The position numbers and the translations under genes were made by a program. A stretch of 64,000 nt of DNA from Firmicutes bacterium ADurb.Bin182 (lineage in GTDB: Bacteria; Bacillota; Clostridia; Christensenellales; CAG-138): positions 6,671 through 70,670 of the forward strand of contig MWCU01000023.1 in NCBI GenBank assembly GCA_002070205.1, written 5' to 3'. Under the pieces are notes generated by a model that was given only the letters and a program-made list of their open reading frames with translations, had not been told where the DNA came from and did not search any database. Below are positions 1 through 9,925 of the stretch, in pieces (position 1 is the stretch's first letter; each line of letters starts with the position of its first letter).

Positions 1-461
1 GAAATAGTCGCCCAAAAGAATTTCTTAAACATGAGTTTTTTTGATACATATGCCTGTTGTACAGAATTAACCGATGCTATCGGTATACGTATCGCCATAA
101 CTCTTATGATTGGTGTTATAGTATCGTTTTCGTACCAGCTTGCAATAACAGGTGCCATAAAAAAGAGCATGACAAATAGAATGCTGGATAATAATAAACC
201 TGCCCAGAATATCGTTGAGAAGTCTTTACGATCAGCATCTTGTTTTTGTATCAAAGATGCTCCAAGCCCGCTTACAACGAAAGTATCGCAAAGTGTGATA
301 ATAATCGTCACCAAGGCAACAATACCATACTCTTCAGGCAAGAGTATTCGTGCGAGAACAATTGAAACGAGTGTGCTGACAGTTTGTGCTGCAATTCTTT
401 CGGCGAACCTATAGAGTATGCCTGAAACAGCTTTGCTTTTGATATTATCTGTGGATGACAT
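1..461 (-). CDS. wzx: Wzx-type polysaccharide flippase (MOP superfamily); N-terminal part only, the gene runs off the left edge of the window
   Basis: Absent from the ORF track because its stop lies outside the window. Manual reverse translation from the ATG at 461..459 gives MSSTDNIKSKAVSGILYRFAERIAAQTVSTLVSIVLARILLPEEYGIVALVTIIITLCDTFVVSGLGASLIQKQDADRKDFSTIFWAGLLLSSILFVMLFFMAP... This is a typical Wzx N-terminus with its first TM helices. The listed + ORF 31..414 is its antisense shadow. Confidence 0.7.
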   Translation of the reverse strand, partial: MSSTDNIKSKAVSGILYRFAERIAAQTVSTLVSIVLARILLPEEYGIVALVTIIITLCDTFVVSGLGASLIQKQDADRKDFSTIFWAGLLLSSILFVMLFFMAPVIASWYENDTITPIIRVMAIRIPIASVNSVQQAYVSKKLMFKKFFWATI

Positions 462-491
462 GATTACTCACTTCTTACCCTCAACGTATTT

Positions 492-1211
492 CTACTCATA
501 TAAATCGCAAATGTAATTATATGAAGTCATTTTCAAACCGGTATCATCCTTGGTAAAATCCCATTTTTTCGCAGGGGTTTTCCAGTCACCATATCTGTAT
601 GCTAAGTAGTTTTCATTGTCTTTGAATACTTGATAGCCATTGATGTTAGTAAACTTATCTGTATAGTCCTTGGGAATATACCACATATAGAAATCAAACA
701 TCTTGCTGTATTTCTTGTATTGTATTTCAATAGTCTTCCTAGTCACTATCTTCCGAAGCACTCTTTTAAAACTATCTTTAAAGCTTTTTTTACGGCTTTC
801 AATTCCCTCTGCTCCGCTTTTGCGAAGGCGTATCCACCTGAGTTTGATTCTTTGAAATGCTGTCAGCTGATCACGGAAAACTAGCTGTGGACAAATAAAA
901 TCACTTCCACTTGCATGATAAAATTGCATGTCTATTATGTATGGGAAGATTTGAGAAGACTCGGGTATCAGCTTGCATTTATACAACACCTTTCCCCAAA
1001 AAAACTTCACGGCACGAAATCCTTTTGAGATCATCACAGCGATGAACTTATCAATCTGGTCTTCTTTTCCTTCGGATAGTATTCCTATGTCTATATCATG
1101 GTCATGTTTTAGAAACGCACCTTCACGGATCATGCCAAGTAAAGAACCACTATCTAAAAACCAACATACTCCTGACTGCTCCAACAATGATTGCAAATCC
1201 TTTTCCAGCAT
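492..1211 (-). CDS. LicD-family phosphotransferase (phosphocholine or polyol-phosphate transfer to glycans)
   Basis: N-terminal CWFLDSGSLLGMIREGAFLKHDHDIDIG matches the LicD signature (L-D-x-G-T/S-LLG ... D-x-D-x-D). It lies inside the glycan operon, 1 nt after the upstream gene. Confidence 0.65.
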   Translation of the reverse strand: MLEKDLQSLLEQSGVCWFLDSGSLLGMIREGAFLKHDHDIDIGILSEGKEDQIDKFIAVMISKGFRAVKFFWGKVLYKCKLIPESSQIFPYIIDMQFYHASGSDFICPQLVFRDQLTAFQRIKLRWIRLRKSGAEGIESRKKSFKDSFKRVLRKIVTRKTIEIQYKKYSKMFDFYMWYIPKDYTDKFTNINGYQVFKDNENYLAYRYGDWKTPAKKWDFTKDDTGLKMTSYNYICDLYE

Positions 1212-1212
1212 T

Positions 1213-2409
1213 TTATTTTCTCACTACCTTCTTTTTCAATTTATGTTTGTTGAATTGCTTCCCGATTATTCTCATAATGATGTATTTTGTTTTTCCGACA
1301 AGTTCTTCTTTCGCTGAAGTTTTTCTGTACATCCGATTAAATATATCCATTAACTCGGAATGATATTTTTCCACATCACCCCAACCAGGATAGTAGTATG
1401 CTTCACGTACATTTGTATAACGTCTTCTTTCGTTATCATATGCGAGCCTATTCAACATATTAACATTTTCCTGTGGATCGAAATCAATATCATATAGTTC
1501 AAAGCTGTTGTTCAACTTTCTATAGATCAATTTATACCTGTCTTTAATTATCGCAATATTGCGGTTTGGTTGTGCATAATAGGCACTATCCGAAATGACG
1601 TAATCATTTCGCGTACATGATCTTTCGCGAAGTAAAGTCGACAACTGTGTATTCGATGTGAGAAAGTCGATTTTCGGCATTCCATCGATTCGCGGCGTTA
1701 TAAGCGGGATGTGGATTGCCGATTCGTAAACGTCAAAGCCGTATACCCATTTCCCTTTGCTACCATTCATATTACCGTGGTCAGCAGTGATATAAAAGCA
1801 ATCATCATCGGCAATGGTACGTAACAGACCAACAAGTTTATCAACAAGATCGATATCATCACCGTATGAACATCTTCCTAAAATGACATGTGGGAGATGA
1901 ATCCATAAGAAAACATTATCGGTAATTATATCTTTCGCCAGTACATACAGCTTCTCAATAATTTCGTCGGCTTTTTCGTCGTTTCGGCATATCTCATCAA
2001 GACCCTTTATGTACGGACCAACTGGCTGATTCATATCAAGCGTGTGAATGTTTGCATGACCAAAGCAATTAGCAAAAGGATGTGCCACCTTCATATAGTT
2101 ATCACTCCAGATGATATGACTGGAGTAGCCTTGGCTCTCGAGCTCATCAAACAAAGTAGAATCGGAGTATTCCGCTTCGTGAGTATACTTCGTTCGATTC
2201 AGCTGATAAGGATACTTGGAAGTGAACATTGATGTAAATGCCATCGCAGTAGACGGAGCGGCGGTATAATGCTTGAGAAAAACCGTTCCATTCGCTGCAA
2301 GCGCATCAATGTTCGGTGTCTTCCAATATTTATTGCCATATGTCGGTAGGTACCCCGGCATCAAAATATCTTTGGAGATAAGAATGATTGGTTTACTCAT
2401 GAGTTTCAC
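1213..2409 (-). CDS. Sulfatase-like hydrolase/transferase (alkaline-phosphatase superfamily)
   Basis: Motifs seen: TPNIDALAANG..F..HYTAAPSTAMAFTSMFTSKYP, and FYITADHGNMNG (metal-binding DHG). Fold assignment only; the substrate is unknown. Confidence 0.6.
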   Translation of the reverse strand: MKLMSKPIILISKDILMPGYLPTYGNKYWKTPNIDALAANGTVFLKHYTAAPSTAMAFTSMFTSKYPYQLNRTKYTHEAEYSDSTLFDELESQGYSSHIIWSDNYMKVAHPFANCFGHANIHTLDMNQPVGPYIKGLDEICRNDEKADEIIEKLYVLAKDIITDNVFLWIHLPHVILGRCSYGDDIDLVDKLVGLLRTIADDDCFYITADHGNMNGSKGKWVYGFDVYESAIHIPLITPRIDGMPKIDFLTSNTQLSTLLRERSCTRNDYVISDSAYYAQPNRNIAIIKDRYKLIYRKLNNSFELYDIDFDPQENVNMLNRLAYDNERRRYTNVREAYYYPGWGDVEKYHSELMDIFNRMYRKTSAKEELVGKTKYIIMRIIGKQFNKHKLKKKVVRK

Positions 2410-3748
2410 CTTTCATAAATTTCATACATTCATTATTCATGTTTATGGCAGAAGCCACAACAACAAACAGCATCATAACGTGCGCAGATTTAAATATCCT
2501 TCCACTCATAGAATAGAGTATCATACATAAAATAGGGAGAGTATATATGTACATCCGTTTATACTTCTTCATGTCCATTATTAACTCAATAAATAGAATC
2601 ACAGTTATTATTACACCCACCACGCCCCACGCTACATAAACGTCTACTATTGAGTTATGAGGATTCATCATAACTCCAGTTTTCGCTTGCAAATCTTGCA
2701 TGCCAACACCGAAAATTATCTTTAGTGGGTCGTTTGCGAACGCCTCTAAATACTGCTGCGTGATTATGGTTCTGCTTCCCATCGTAACGGTCGATGCGCT
2801 GTCTTGAAACCGGCTAATCATGTTGTTTATTGCTTCTGGCGCTATTGAGTATATAACAATAACTATCAACGCAATCCACAATAGCGTCTTGAGTAGTTTC
2901 TTCATATACTCACGCTGTATACAAAAGCATAACATAATTAACATGCCTATCAGTGCCACAAAAAAAGTGCGCGAGATTGACAAAAGACCTATAAAAAACG
3001 ATGTACACATTAAAACAATAAAGTTCTTTGTATTAATAAATTTCCCGATATACATTGCTATTGATGAAGAGATCGCAATGATCATATGGAAACCGATACT
3101 ATTAGGATTATTGCTCAAGCGATAACCGATAATTTCATCATCAGCAAATGTGTTACCCAATCGCCAATTGTTTTGAATTATGCTGGCAAAGTTTAATGAG
3201 TTCGATTTTAAAGTTAGCGCAACGACAATTACATTTGCAATGATTACAGATATTATGAACGCCATAACCGTATCTGCGTTTAAAACCTTGTACCTTTCTT
3301 TGTCCGAAAAAATTACGAACATGAATACATAAGTGCATGCAAAGGTAATATATGCAGAAAGTGAAAAAGGAGGTATAACGCTGTGCAGTAACTCCATAAG
3401 CATCAACAGTAAGAAGATTATAGATACGCGTGTAAGTTGAACTTTTCTATTTTTGAACAATATTATTAACGCCATCGCGCCTATTATTGTCGAGAACTGA
3501 ACTGCTTGAGCAACAGGAATAAGAGATACTGCATATTTGACTATTGTCTCTTTTTTCGAAGACACTGCAAATAAGATTAGCAATACAGTAATCAGCTGAA
3601 CAGGAATTTGAACAGAAAAAAAGTCACGTAGTAGTATCAGTCCATATAACACACACCAAAATGCAACAAGCTGCCTAGATCCATACTTTGAGGCTGATGC
3701 AGGTATCGGTAAGAGCGTTTCTCTTTCTATGTCGTATTCTTTCAACAT
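2393..3748 (-). CDS. Polytopic membrane protein, probable Wzy-type polysaccharide polymerase / O-antigen-ligase-like
   Basis: 451 aa, about 10 or more hydrophobic helices, very AT-rich. Sits between a GT and a transferase in the glycan operon, where Wzy is expected. No catalytic motif can be verified by eye. Confidence 0.5.
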   Translation of the reverse strand: MLKEYDIERETLLPIPASASKYGSRQLVAFWCVLYGLILLRDFFSVQIPVQLITVLLILFAVSSKKETIVKYAVSLIPVAQAVQFSTIIGAMALIILFKNRKVQLTRVSIIFLLLMLMELLHSVIPPFSLSAYITFACTYVFMFVIFSDKERYKVLNADTVMAFIISVIIANVIVVALTLKSNSLNFASIIQNNWRLGNTFADDEIIGYRLSNNPNSIGFHMIIAISSSIAMYIGKFINTKNFIVLMCTSFFIGLLSISRTFFVALIGMLIMLCFCIQREYMKKLLKTLLWIALIVIVIYSIAPEAINNMISRFQDSASTVTMGSRTIITQQYLEAFANDPLKIIFGVGMQDLQAKTGVMMNPHNSIVDVYVAWGVVGVIITVILFIELIMDMKKYKRMYIYTLPILCMILYSMSGRIFKSAHVMMLFVVVASAINMNNECMKFMKGETHE

Positions 3749-4950
3749 CAGTTTAAACCTTCCCGAGTAATCAGAGTATCGTATTTTTTACACATAACAC
3801 TATTATCAAAGGCTCTAGCACGTTCAAATGCTTTTTTAGAGTATTGGTCTGATAAGTTATCATCGGTTAGTAATCGTTTTAAAGCTCGTGCAAAAATCTT
3901 ATGTGAATCCTCCGTCTGCGAATACTCGTAATTCGGTTTTTTCGGCATAACAGGTGTTAAGATTCCATAATCCGCGAGGTAATAATCACATAAACAATCG
4001 GGGGCTTTTTCACTACTCTCGCAGAGTATTTCACGCGGACCAGTCATACAGTCGGTAGCAACAATCGGCACACCACAGGTCATTGCCTCGACAACAACAT
4101 TCGGAAAGCCTTCAGATACTGAAGGAAGTACGAATACGTCGGCAGCCTTCATATATTTGAACGGATTATCACTGAAGCCGACAAAAAGTATGTCCCCGGA
4201 GTATTTCGAACGGCTTGCCATGTCCTTTATGGTTGACTCAAGATCACCTCTGTAACCAACAAAAACCAGCCCGGCATCGGGTATATCATTCTTCAGTAGT
4301 TCAAAAGCTTTCAATAAGTTCCATTGCCCTTTTTTATCGGTAAAACTTGAAACAGATAACAAAACTTCGTGTGTTTCAAAAAAGTGCTTGTCCTCTGCGG
4401 GTAGCGGTTTTACACTTTCAGATCTTATCATTTCAATATCAAAGGCGTTTTGAACAACGATAGTCCTAGTAATATCCTCTGGATAAAAACTCTCATAGTA
4501 AGTCTGAAGAGCGTATGAGTTAAAAAGAATCATGTTCTTTTTATTCTTGAGCATATTATGATACTTTCCACAATCATTTTTAAGAGAACCGAAGCCGCGG
4601 CATGAAAGGTATACTTTAGCCTTACCTATTGAATATGCGGCTATTTTATTAGCTCCGGAAGCAAAAGCGAATATAACATCATACTTTCTTTTGCATATGA
4701 GCAGGTTATATTTGATGATTCGTTTTGCAATCGTGAATAATCTAGCTAATTTGTTTTTACAGACGCCAGCATTCAAATTTACCAAATTGCCCGCGAATTC
4801 ATAGGCAATTTCATCACTGTCGAATAATACGATATCTACTTCGTTATTTGCAGACAAAAAGAATGAAATCCGGCTCATCATTCTCTCGCTGCCACCGCTC
4901 TTCATGTTTGCTGCTACAAGTGCAATTTTCATCATGTCTGTGATCCACAT
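3748..4950 (-). CDS. Glycosyltransferase family 4 (GT-B)
   Basis: C-terminal VLPSVSEGFPNVVVEAMTCGVPIVATD is the E-x7-E GT4 signature. The start may be the internal MKIALVAAN. Confidence 0.8.
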   Translation of the reverse strand: MWITDMMKIALVAANMKSGGSERMMSRISFFLSANNEVDIVLFDSDEIAYEFAGNLVNLNAGVCKNKLARLFTIAKRIIKYNLLICKRKYDVIFAFASGANKIAAYSIGKAKVYLSCRGFGSLKNDCGKYHNMLKNKKNMILFNSYALQTYYESFYPEDITRTIVVQNAFDIEMIRSESVKPLPAEDKHFFETHEVLLSVSSFTDKKGQWNLLKAFELLKNDIPDAGLVFVGYRGDLESTIKDMASRSKYSGDILFVGFSDNPFKYMKAADVFVLPSVSEGFPNVVVEAMTCGVPIVATDCMTGPREILCESSEKAPDCLCDYYLADYGILTPVMPKKPNYEYSQTEDSHKIFARALKRLLTDDNLSDQYSKKAFERARAFDNSVMCKKYDTLITREGLN

Positions 4951-4977
4951 CCTTGCCCGACATTTCGAGCCATTTGT

Positions 4978-5511
4978 TTATTCATCTTTTCGGTATTTCA
5001 CTATTCTTGCAGGGTTACCCGCCGCGATGCTGTAAGGCGGAACATCCTTTGTAACGACAGCTCCTGCGCCTACAATGGCTCCCGATCCAATACTGACACC
5101 AGGAAGAATAATCACCCTTCCACCGATCCAGACGTCATCACCTATCGTAACCGGTTTATACTCTTCAAATCCTTGTTCCTGCATTGTTATATCTGTTCTG
5201 TTATGTGCATGATTACGTGTATATACAATCACATCGGGACCCATGTTGACATACTTTCCGATGGTAACAGGACCTATTACGCTACAGTTCACACCAAGTC
5301 CTGAACGATCACCAATCGAAACCTTTGAATCAAAGGCGGCGCCCCGCTCAATGTTTACGTTCTTGCCCATGGAGGCCATAATCCGCCGACCGAAAAAGCC
5401 GCGCATTTTTTGAGCAAGCCTCATGTGATAAGATACAGGAAGCCATTTGGCAAATACCATATATCCAATCATCCACTTTTTTTTACTTGCCATAATTATC
5501 CCGTCCTCCAT
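4978..5511 (-). CDS. Left-handed beta-helix (hexapeptide-repeat) O-acetyltransferase
   Basis: VTIGDDVWIGGRVIILPGVSIGSGAIVGAGAVVTKDVPPYSIAAGNPARIV, as in the maltose/colanic-acid (WcaF/LacA-like) acetyltransferase family. Confidence 0.8.
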   Translation of the reverse strand: MEDGIIMASKKKWMIGYMVFAKWLPVSYHMRLAQKMRGFFGRRIMASMGKNVNIERGAAFDSKVSIGDRSGLGVNCSVIGPVTIGKYVNMGPDVIVYTRNHAHNRTDITMQEQGFEEYKPVTIGDDVWIGGRVIILPGVSIGSGAIVGAGAVVTKDVPPYSIAAGNPARIVKYRKDE

Positions 5512-5552
5512 CGTGGTAATATCTGTTTAGCCCACATCTTGATAAACCCATT

Positions 5553-6599
5553 TCATTCTGTGTCAAATACTCGATACATAATTTTCATTATCTCTTCTGG
5601 AGAATAGCGTGCTGTGGCTTTTACGCATTCCACACGCATCGCGTTTATCTTCTCTTGGTTATTTAGGCAGTACAGCAGTTTTTCGGTCAGTGCTTCTTCA
5701 CTCGCAAAATCATAGGTAACACCTGTTACATTCTCAATCACTACATCGTCGCAGGAATTCCAACGTGAGGCGACAACCGGTAGACCAGCATAAAGTGAAT
5801 CGATCAGAGACCCTGGATGCCCCTCGGTCGCATAGTGAGTGGGGAATACCTGAACAAAGTAGTTCTTTAAAACTTCGGCTGTTTTATCGTTATCTACGAC
5901 GCCTTTGTAAGCTATATAGTCCGGACACGCAGCAAGAACCGCCTCAAACTTGTTCTTATATGTTTCGTCTATCGGTCCATAAATATCGAACTTCAACCGA
6001 ATCTCGTCACGGTTTATCTGCTGAATCGCATTTATAGCGTCCTCGACACCTTTTCTTTCGGTTACCCTGGAAATGAAGCAACACGGCAGTGGATACGAAA
6101 AGGCAGGATGTAAATCTTCATTGCCAACTGGTTTCAGATCCTTGAAGTTTGGGAATACTACTGTGTTTAGCACGCCCACTTCTGCGAGCTGCTTTTTCAT
6201 TGTCTCTGTTTGAATAAATAACATGTCAGTCTTTTTTACTGCACGTAATACTTTTTTGTTTTCAGAAAGCAACTTGGGAAGCCAGCCTCCGATAACGTTG
6301 TAGTACACCTTTATTCTAGTTATATTTTTCATAAATACGCACAGCGGCAAAATTACCCGAACTGAACCAGTATTGGGGAAAAGTAGAATGGCTTTGCAGG
6401 AAAAACAAAGCTTTAATATTTTAAGCATTAAGGAAACGGGGTGCTTTCTCCATTGATGCGTGCTTATGCACCGAACATGACTTTCACCGTAATGCTTTGT
6501 GATTTGCTTTCTGATGTTGTTTGTGCGTATTGTCTGACCATTCTCGCCGACAGCGGAAGAATCAAAATGTCCGCACATACCAATTTCATATTTTTTCAT
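5553..6599 (-). CDS. Glycosyltransferase (GT4-like)
   Basis: THYATEGHPGSLIDSLYAGLPVVASRWNSCDDVVIENVTGVTY is a GT-B C-terminal nucleotide-sugar binding motif. Confidence 0.7.
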   Translation of the reverse strand: MKKYEIGMCGHFDSSAVGENGQTIRTNNIRKQITKHYGESHVRCISTHQWRKHPVSLMLKILKLCFSCKAILLFPNTGSVRVILPLCVFMKNITRIKVYYNVIGGWLPKLLSENKKVLRAVKKTDMLFIQTETMKKQLAEVGVLNTVVFPNFKDLKPVGNEDLHPAFSYPLPCCFISRVTERKGVEDAINAIQQINRDEIRLKFDIYGPIDETYKNKFEAVLAACPDYIAYKGVVDNDKTAEVLKNYFVQVFPTHYATEGHPGSLIDSLYAGLPVVASRWNSCDDVVIENVTGVTYDFASEEALTEKLLYCLNNQEKINAMRVECVKATARYSPEEIMKIMYRVFDTE

Positions 6600-7878
6600 T
6601 GAGTACTTCCTTGTCCTCGTAGAATAAGCTATTAATTACCTGGATCAACTTATCGGTAAGTTTCTTATAATCATAATCTTCGGCAGTTTTTACCGCGTTT
6701 GCACAGTATTCGCCGTATTCCTCCTTCGACATGTTACAGAAGCTTTCCAAAGCATCCGCTATTGCCTCCGGTGATTGTTCGGAAAGTTCAATTCCACACT
6801 TATTTCGTTTACACACACTATAACCGACTGAATAGGTCATCAGAATCGGTTTTCCTGCGGCTAGATACTCAAAGAACTTGTTCTGACTCTGTCCGTATTT
6901 GTTCAAAACGGTACTGGTATTATGGAGCAAGGTACATCCTGCATGAGAAAGAACAGCAGGCACACTGTCACGAGGAACAAAACCTTTGAATTTAATGTTT
7001 GTCAGCCCCTTTGCCTTTACCTCGTCCGTAAGAGTGTCGAGCTGATTACCCTTACCATAAATCAGAATACGGATTCTTTCATTACCGCGTTTCTGGAGAA
7101 TCTCTGCGGCATCGATCAGAACTTGAATATTATTCACCATGCTTACAGACCCTGCATATATCGCCAAAAATCTTTCGCTGTCATTTATATCTGCATCTTG
7201 CAAATCAGCGACCGCTCTTTCCGAATACTCTTTGAGTTCCACGCCGTTGCTTATATGATAAATCTTTTCCATAGGGATGACATAAGACCAGTTTTTATCC
7301 TGTATGTATTGCGCGCCGCCCTCCCATGTCATGATGATTCTGTCGGCTTTTTTGTAAATCCACTTTTCAAGCTTGTACAACAACGAGCACGGAAGACTTT
7401 TTTCTTTTAGTACACCGTAAGCGACCAACGACGCAGGCCAAAGATCGCGTATTTCGGCAATGGATTTACAGTGATATTTGCGAGCCAGTTTTATAGCAGC
7501 AACACAGGCCAGCGGATGAACAGACGAACCGATGATGACATCCGGTGATTCGAGATTTCTGGCGATCTTCATGAGATTACGATAATAATCCAGTATGTTC
7601 AGAATACGCTTTTTTCCGTTACCGACATAATCGCGCGCTTTTATGAAAACATAGTTCACTCCATCGGCAGAATCTGTTTTATATAGACTCTCATCTGTGA
7701 TCACATTTTCTCCACCCTTATGCCAAGAGCTAGCGCAGAATATTGTAACACGATAACCGTTTTCAACCAAATGCTTCCCCAGCGAATGGTGTCTTCCTAT
7801 ACGGTAATAAAACATGTTTACTGCATAATGATTAAACATCCATATTTCTTTATTATCAGCCATGTGATACCCCTTCAC
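6586..7878 (-). CDS. Glycosyltransferase family 4, WbuB-like
   Basis: The N-terminus (I)WMFNHYAVNMFYYRIGRHHSLGKHLVENGYRVTIFCAS is typical of WbuB-type GT4 enzymes. The start may be MADNKEIW at 7863. Confidence 0.7.
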   Translation of the reverse strand: MKGYHMADNKEIWMFNHYAVNMFYYRIGRHHSLGKHLVENGYRVTIFCASSWHKGGENVITDESLYKTDSADGVNYVFIKARDYVGNGKKRILNILDYYRNLMKIARNLESPDVIIGSSVHPLACVAAIKLARKYHCKSIAEIRDLWPASLVAYGVLKEKSLPCSLLYKLEKWIYKKADRIIMTWEGGAQYIQDKNWSYVIPMEKIYHISNGVELKEYSERAVADLQDADINDSERFLAIYAGSVSMVNNIQVLIDAAEILQKRGNERIRILIYGKGNQLDTLTDEVKAKGLTNIKFKGFVPRDSVPAVLSHAGCTLLHNTSTVLNKYGQSQNKFFEYLAAGKPILMTYSVGYSVCKRNKCGIELSEQSPEAIADALESFCNMSKEEYGEYCANAVKTAEDYDYKKLTDKLIQVINSLFYEDKEVLNEKI

Positions 7879-8978
7879 TTTATTTCTCGAAAGTATCTTA
7901 CTATTTCATAGATTTCTCGATCAATACTGTCGAAACCATACCGTTGATCGCAGATCAAGGAAAGCTCGGTGTGATATATGTTACGCTGCCGATCTGATAA
8001 ATCGTTATGGTAATCGGTTAACCCCCAATGTATTGGACAATATATATCTCGAGATATTAGGTATCTTCTTAAACCGTTGCGCTCACTTTCATCCAGTATA
8101 ATAGGCACAAACAGTGGCGCATCACAGTCTTTAACTTGTGGTAATACAATACTAAATTTATCATTTGCCAGCCCTGATAAACCTTTGATAAGTCTTCGTG
8201 CGTTTTCACGTCGTGCTGATGCGATGCGCTCAGAATCGATATGTAAGACATAATCGATTTCAGTCTTTTCAGGAGTGTAGCCAGAGTAATCATCCTTAAG
8301 GGCAAGATCGGCGGAATGATAAATGCCAAGGTAATCCTTACTATCGCTTTCACCAGACATATATGCTTCCTTGGCTTTTGCGGCGGCATTTCTTGCTGAA
8401 GTGTAATTACTGTCACAAATTATGGGCATCTCTGAAATAAAACCGTTTTTTGCATTCGCGTATGCTGCGTTTGTATAAAACCATTTTCGATAACTGCAAA
8501 AGGAATAATCGACTTTTTCTAGATCTGTACTTTTACAAAATATCGATTGCGTAGTGTCAAGAACTGTTAATATGCCCTGGTCTGAAGCTTGCTGTACAAG
8601 CCCAGTAGTCGCTTCGGATGTCACCCCAAAGTAATCCATTATAAATACAACGTCTGTATTGCTCAGTTCCGTGTTGAGTTCAAATCCTTCATCACCGACA
8701 AGCACGTCGTAGAATTTAAGACGGCGTATTCCGTTCCGTATAAAGGGTTCTATCATCGAATAACAGCAATACGATGGCAGTGCCACGCTAAACTCACCAT
8801 TATGGACTTTGATATCGGCGATAATATGCTCTAGAGCTGTTCTTCCGGAGATGAAATATCGATGAAACTGCGAATCCGGAGAGACGGTCGCGGAGCTGAC
8901 ACGAGGCTCTGGACGCCGCCAGAATTCACTTCCTATTTCGTTTCTGATCATACAGACATCATCATCCTTCAGCACCAA
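7875..8978 (-). CDS. DegT-like / fold-type-I PLP-dependent enzyme family protein (function unclear)
   Basis: ISGRTALEHIIADI...VALPSYCCYSMIEPF resembles the DegT N-terminal region. CSYRKWF offers a candidate PLP lysine. The start is uncertain (TTG 8978, or ATG 8951). Confidence 0.4.
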   Translation of the reverse strand: MVLKDDDVCMIRNEIGSEFWRRPEPRVSSATVSPDSQFHRYFISGRTALEHIIADIKVHNGEFSVALPSYCCYSMIEPFIRNGIRRLKFYDVLVGDEGFELNTELSNTDVVFIMDYFGVTSEATTGLVQQASDQGILTVLDTTQSIFCKSTDLEKVDYSFCSYRKWFYTNAAYANAKNGFISEMPIICDSNYTSARNAAAKAKEAYMSGESDSKDYLGIYHSADLALKDDYSGYTPEKTEIDYVLHIDSERIASARRENARRLIKGLSGLANDKFSIVLPQVKDCDAPLFVPIILDESERNGLRRYLISRDIYCPIHWGLTDYHNDLSDRQRNIYHTELSLICDQRYGFDSIDREIYEIVRYFREIK

Positions 8979-9918
8979 CTATTAAAACATAGTTCATCTT
9001 GTCGCGGTATGTACCGGATGCGATGTCGTAAACCGTCAGACGCTTGAAGCCGCCGTCATACTTCTCCAGCTTGTAAAGCCCACCGCCAGTCTTTCGACCA
9101 AGCTTGCCGGAGTCAATCAGACATTGAGCGAAAGTAGGTAGCGTGAAGGTCTCGTGAGCGTAATCGTGCGTGTTCTCATACAGGTTATCCACGATAGCCT
9201 TATGGACATCAAGACCGACGAAATCGGAGGTTGTAAGCGGGCTCATGCTTCTGCCAGTGTATGAGCCTAGAATGGCGTCAATGTAGTCGATACCACCGTT
9301 ATCTTTGTACTTCTCGGCATACTGTAATGCCTCGTTGATGAACTGGAAGCCAATTCTATTACCGAGGAATGCCGGGCTATCCTTAACCTCGACAACTGTT
9401 CTGAAAAGGGTGTGCTTCAGATATTCCTTCAGTTCATCAAAGAGCTTTCTATCCGAATACTTAGTCGGCGTGACCTCGCACAGAGTAAGATTGTACGGAG
9501 GGTTAAACATATGAACACCAAAGTAGTGAGAGCGCAGGTTCTCTGGAAAGCACTCGGCTAATGTCGTGATGGACAAACCAGAGGAGCCGGTACAGGCAAT
9601 AGCATGTGGTTGCAGGTAAGCTGCCAATTGCTTCGTTACATCAAGCTTAACGTCCAAATCCTCCTTGGCACTTTCAAAGACCAAATCAGAATCTTCGACA
9701 CATGCTTGAAGCATTGAATAGTCAGCAGCAATCAGATTAGCACTAATGCTTCCAGCCCTAACCGAAGCCGCCGCTTTTGCAACAGCCTTTTTGCTTTTTT
9801 CAATATCACGGCTAACCATATAGACGCGGCAATTGCCGAAAGAGGCAAAAATACCCGAGACATTACAGCCCATTGTGCCGTTCGCGCCTACTACTGTTAT
9901 TATTCTTATGTTCAACAT
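8962..9918 (-). CDS. 3-hydroxyacyl-CoA dehydrogenase family protein (NAD-binding)
   Basis: Rossmann VVGANGTMGCNV, plus CEVTPTKYSD...VEVKDSPAFLGNRIGFQF, which matches the Hbd/FadB 3HCDH core (V-E-V ... PGF-x-NR). A spot count gives 57% GC at 9001-9060 against 37% in the adjacent gene. Confidence 0.7.
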   Translation of the reverse strand: MLNIRIITVVGANGTMGCNVSGIFASFGNCRVYMVSRDIEKSKKAVAKAAASVRAGSISANLIAADYSMLQACVEDSDLVFESAKEDLDVKLDVTKQLAAYLQPHAIACTGSSGLSITTLAECFPENLRSHYFGVHMFNPPYNLTLCEVTPTKYSDRKLFDELKEYLKHTLFRTVVEVKDSPAFLGNRIGFQFINEALQYAEKYKDNGGIDYIDAILGSYTGRSMSPLTTSDFVGLDVHKAIVDNLYENTHDYAHETFTLPTFAQCLIDSGKLGRKTGGGLYKLEKYDGGFKRLTVYDIASGTYRDKMNYVLIVGAEG

Positions 9919-9925
9919 AGAATAC

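Noticed and set aside
31-414. A 127-aa plus-strand ORF at the left edge
   Set aside because: The minus strand here translates into a textbook Wzx flippase N-terminus starting at 461. The plus ORF is its shadow.
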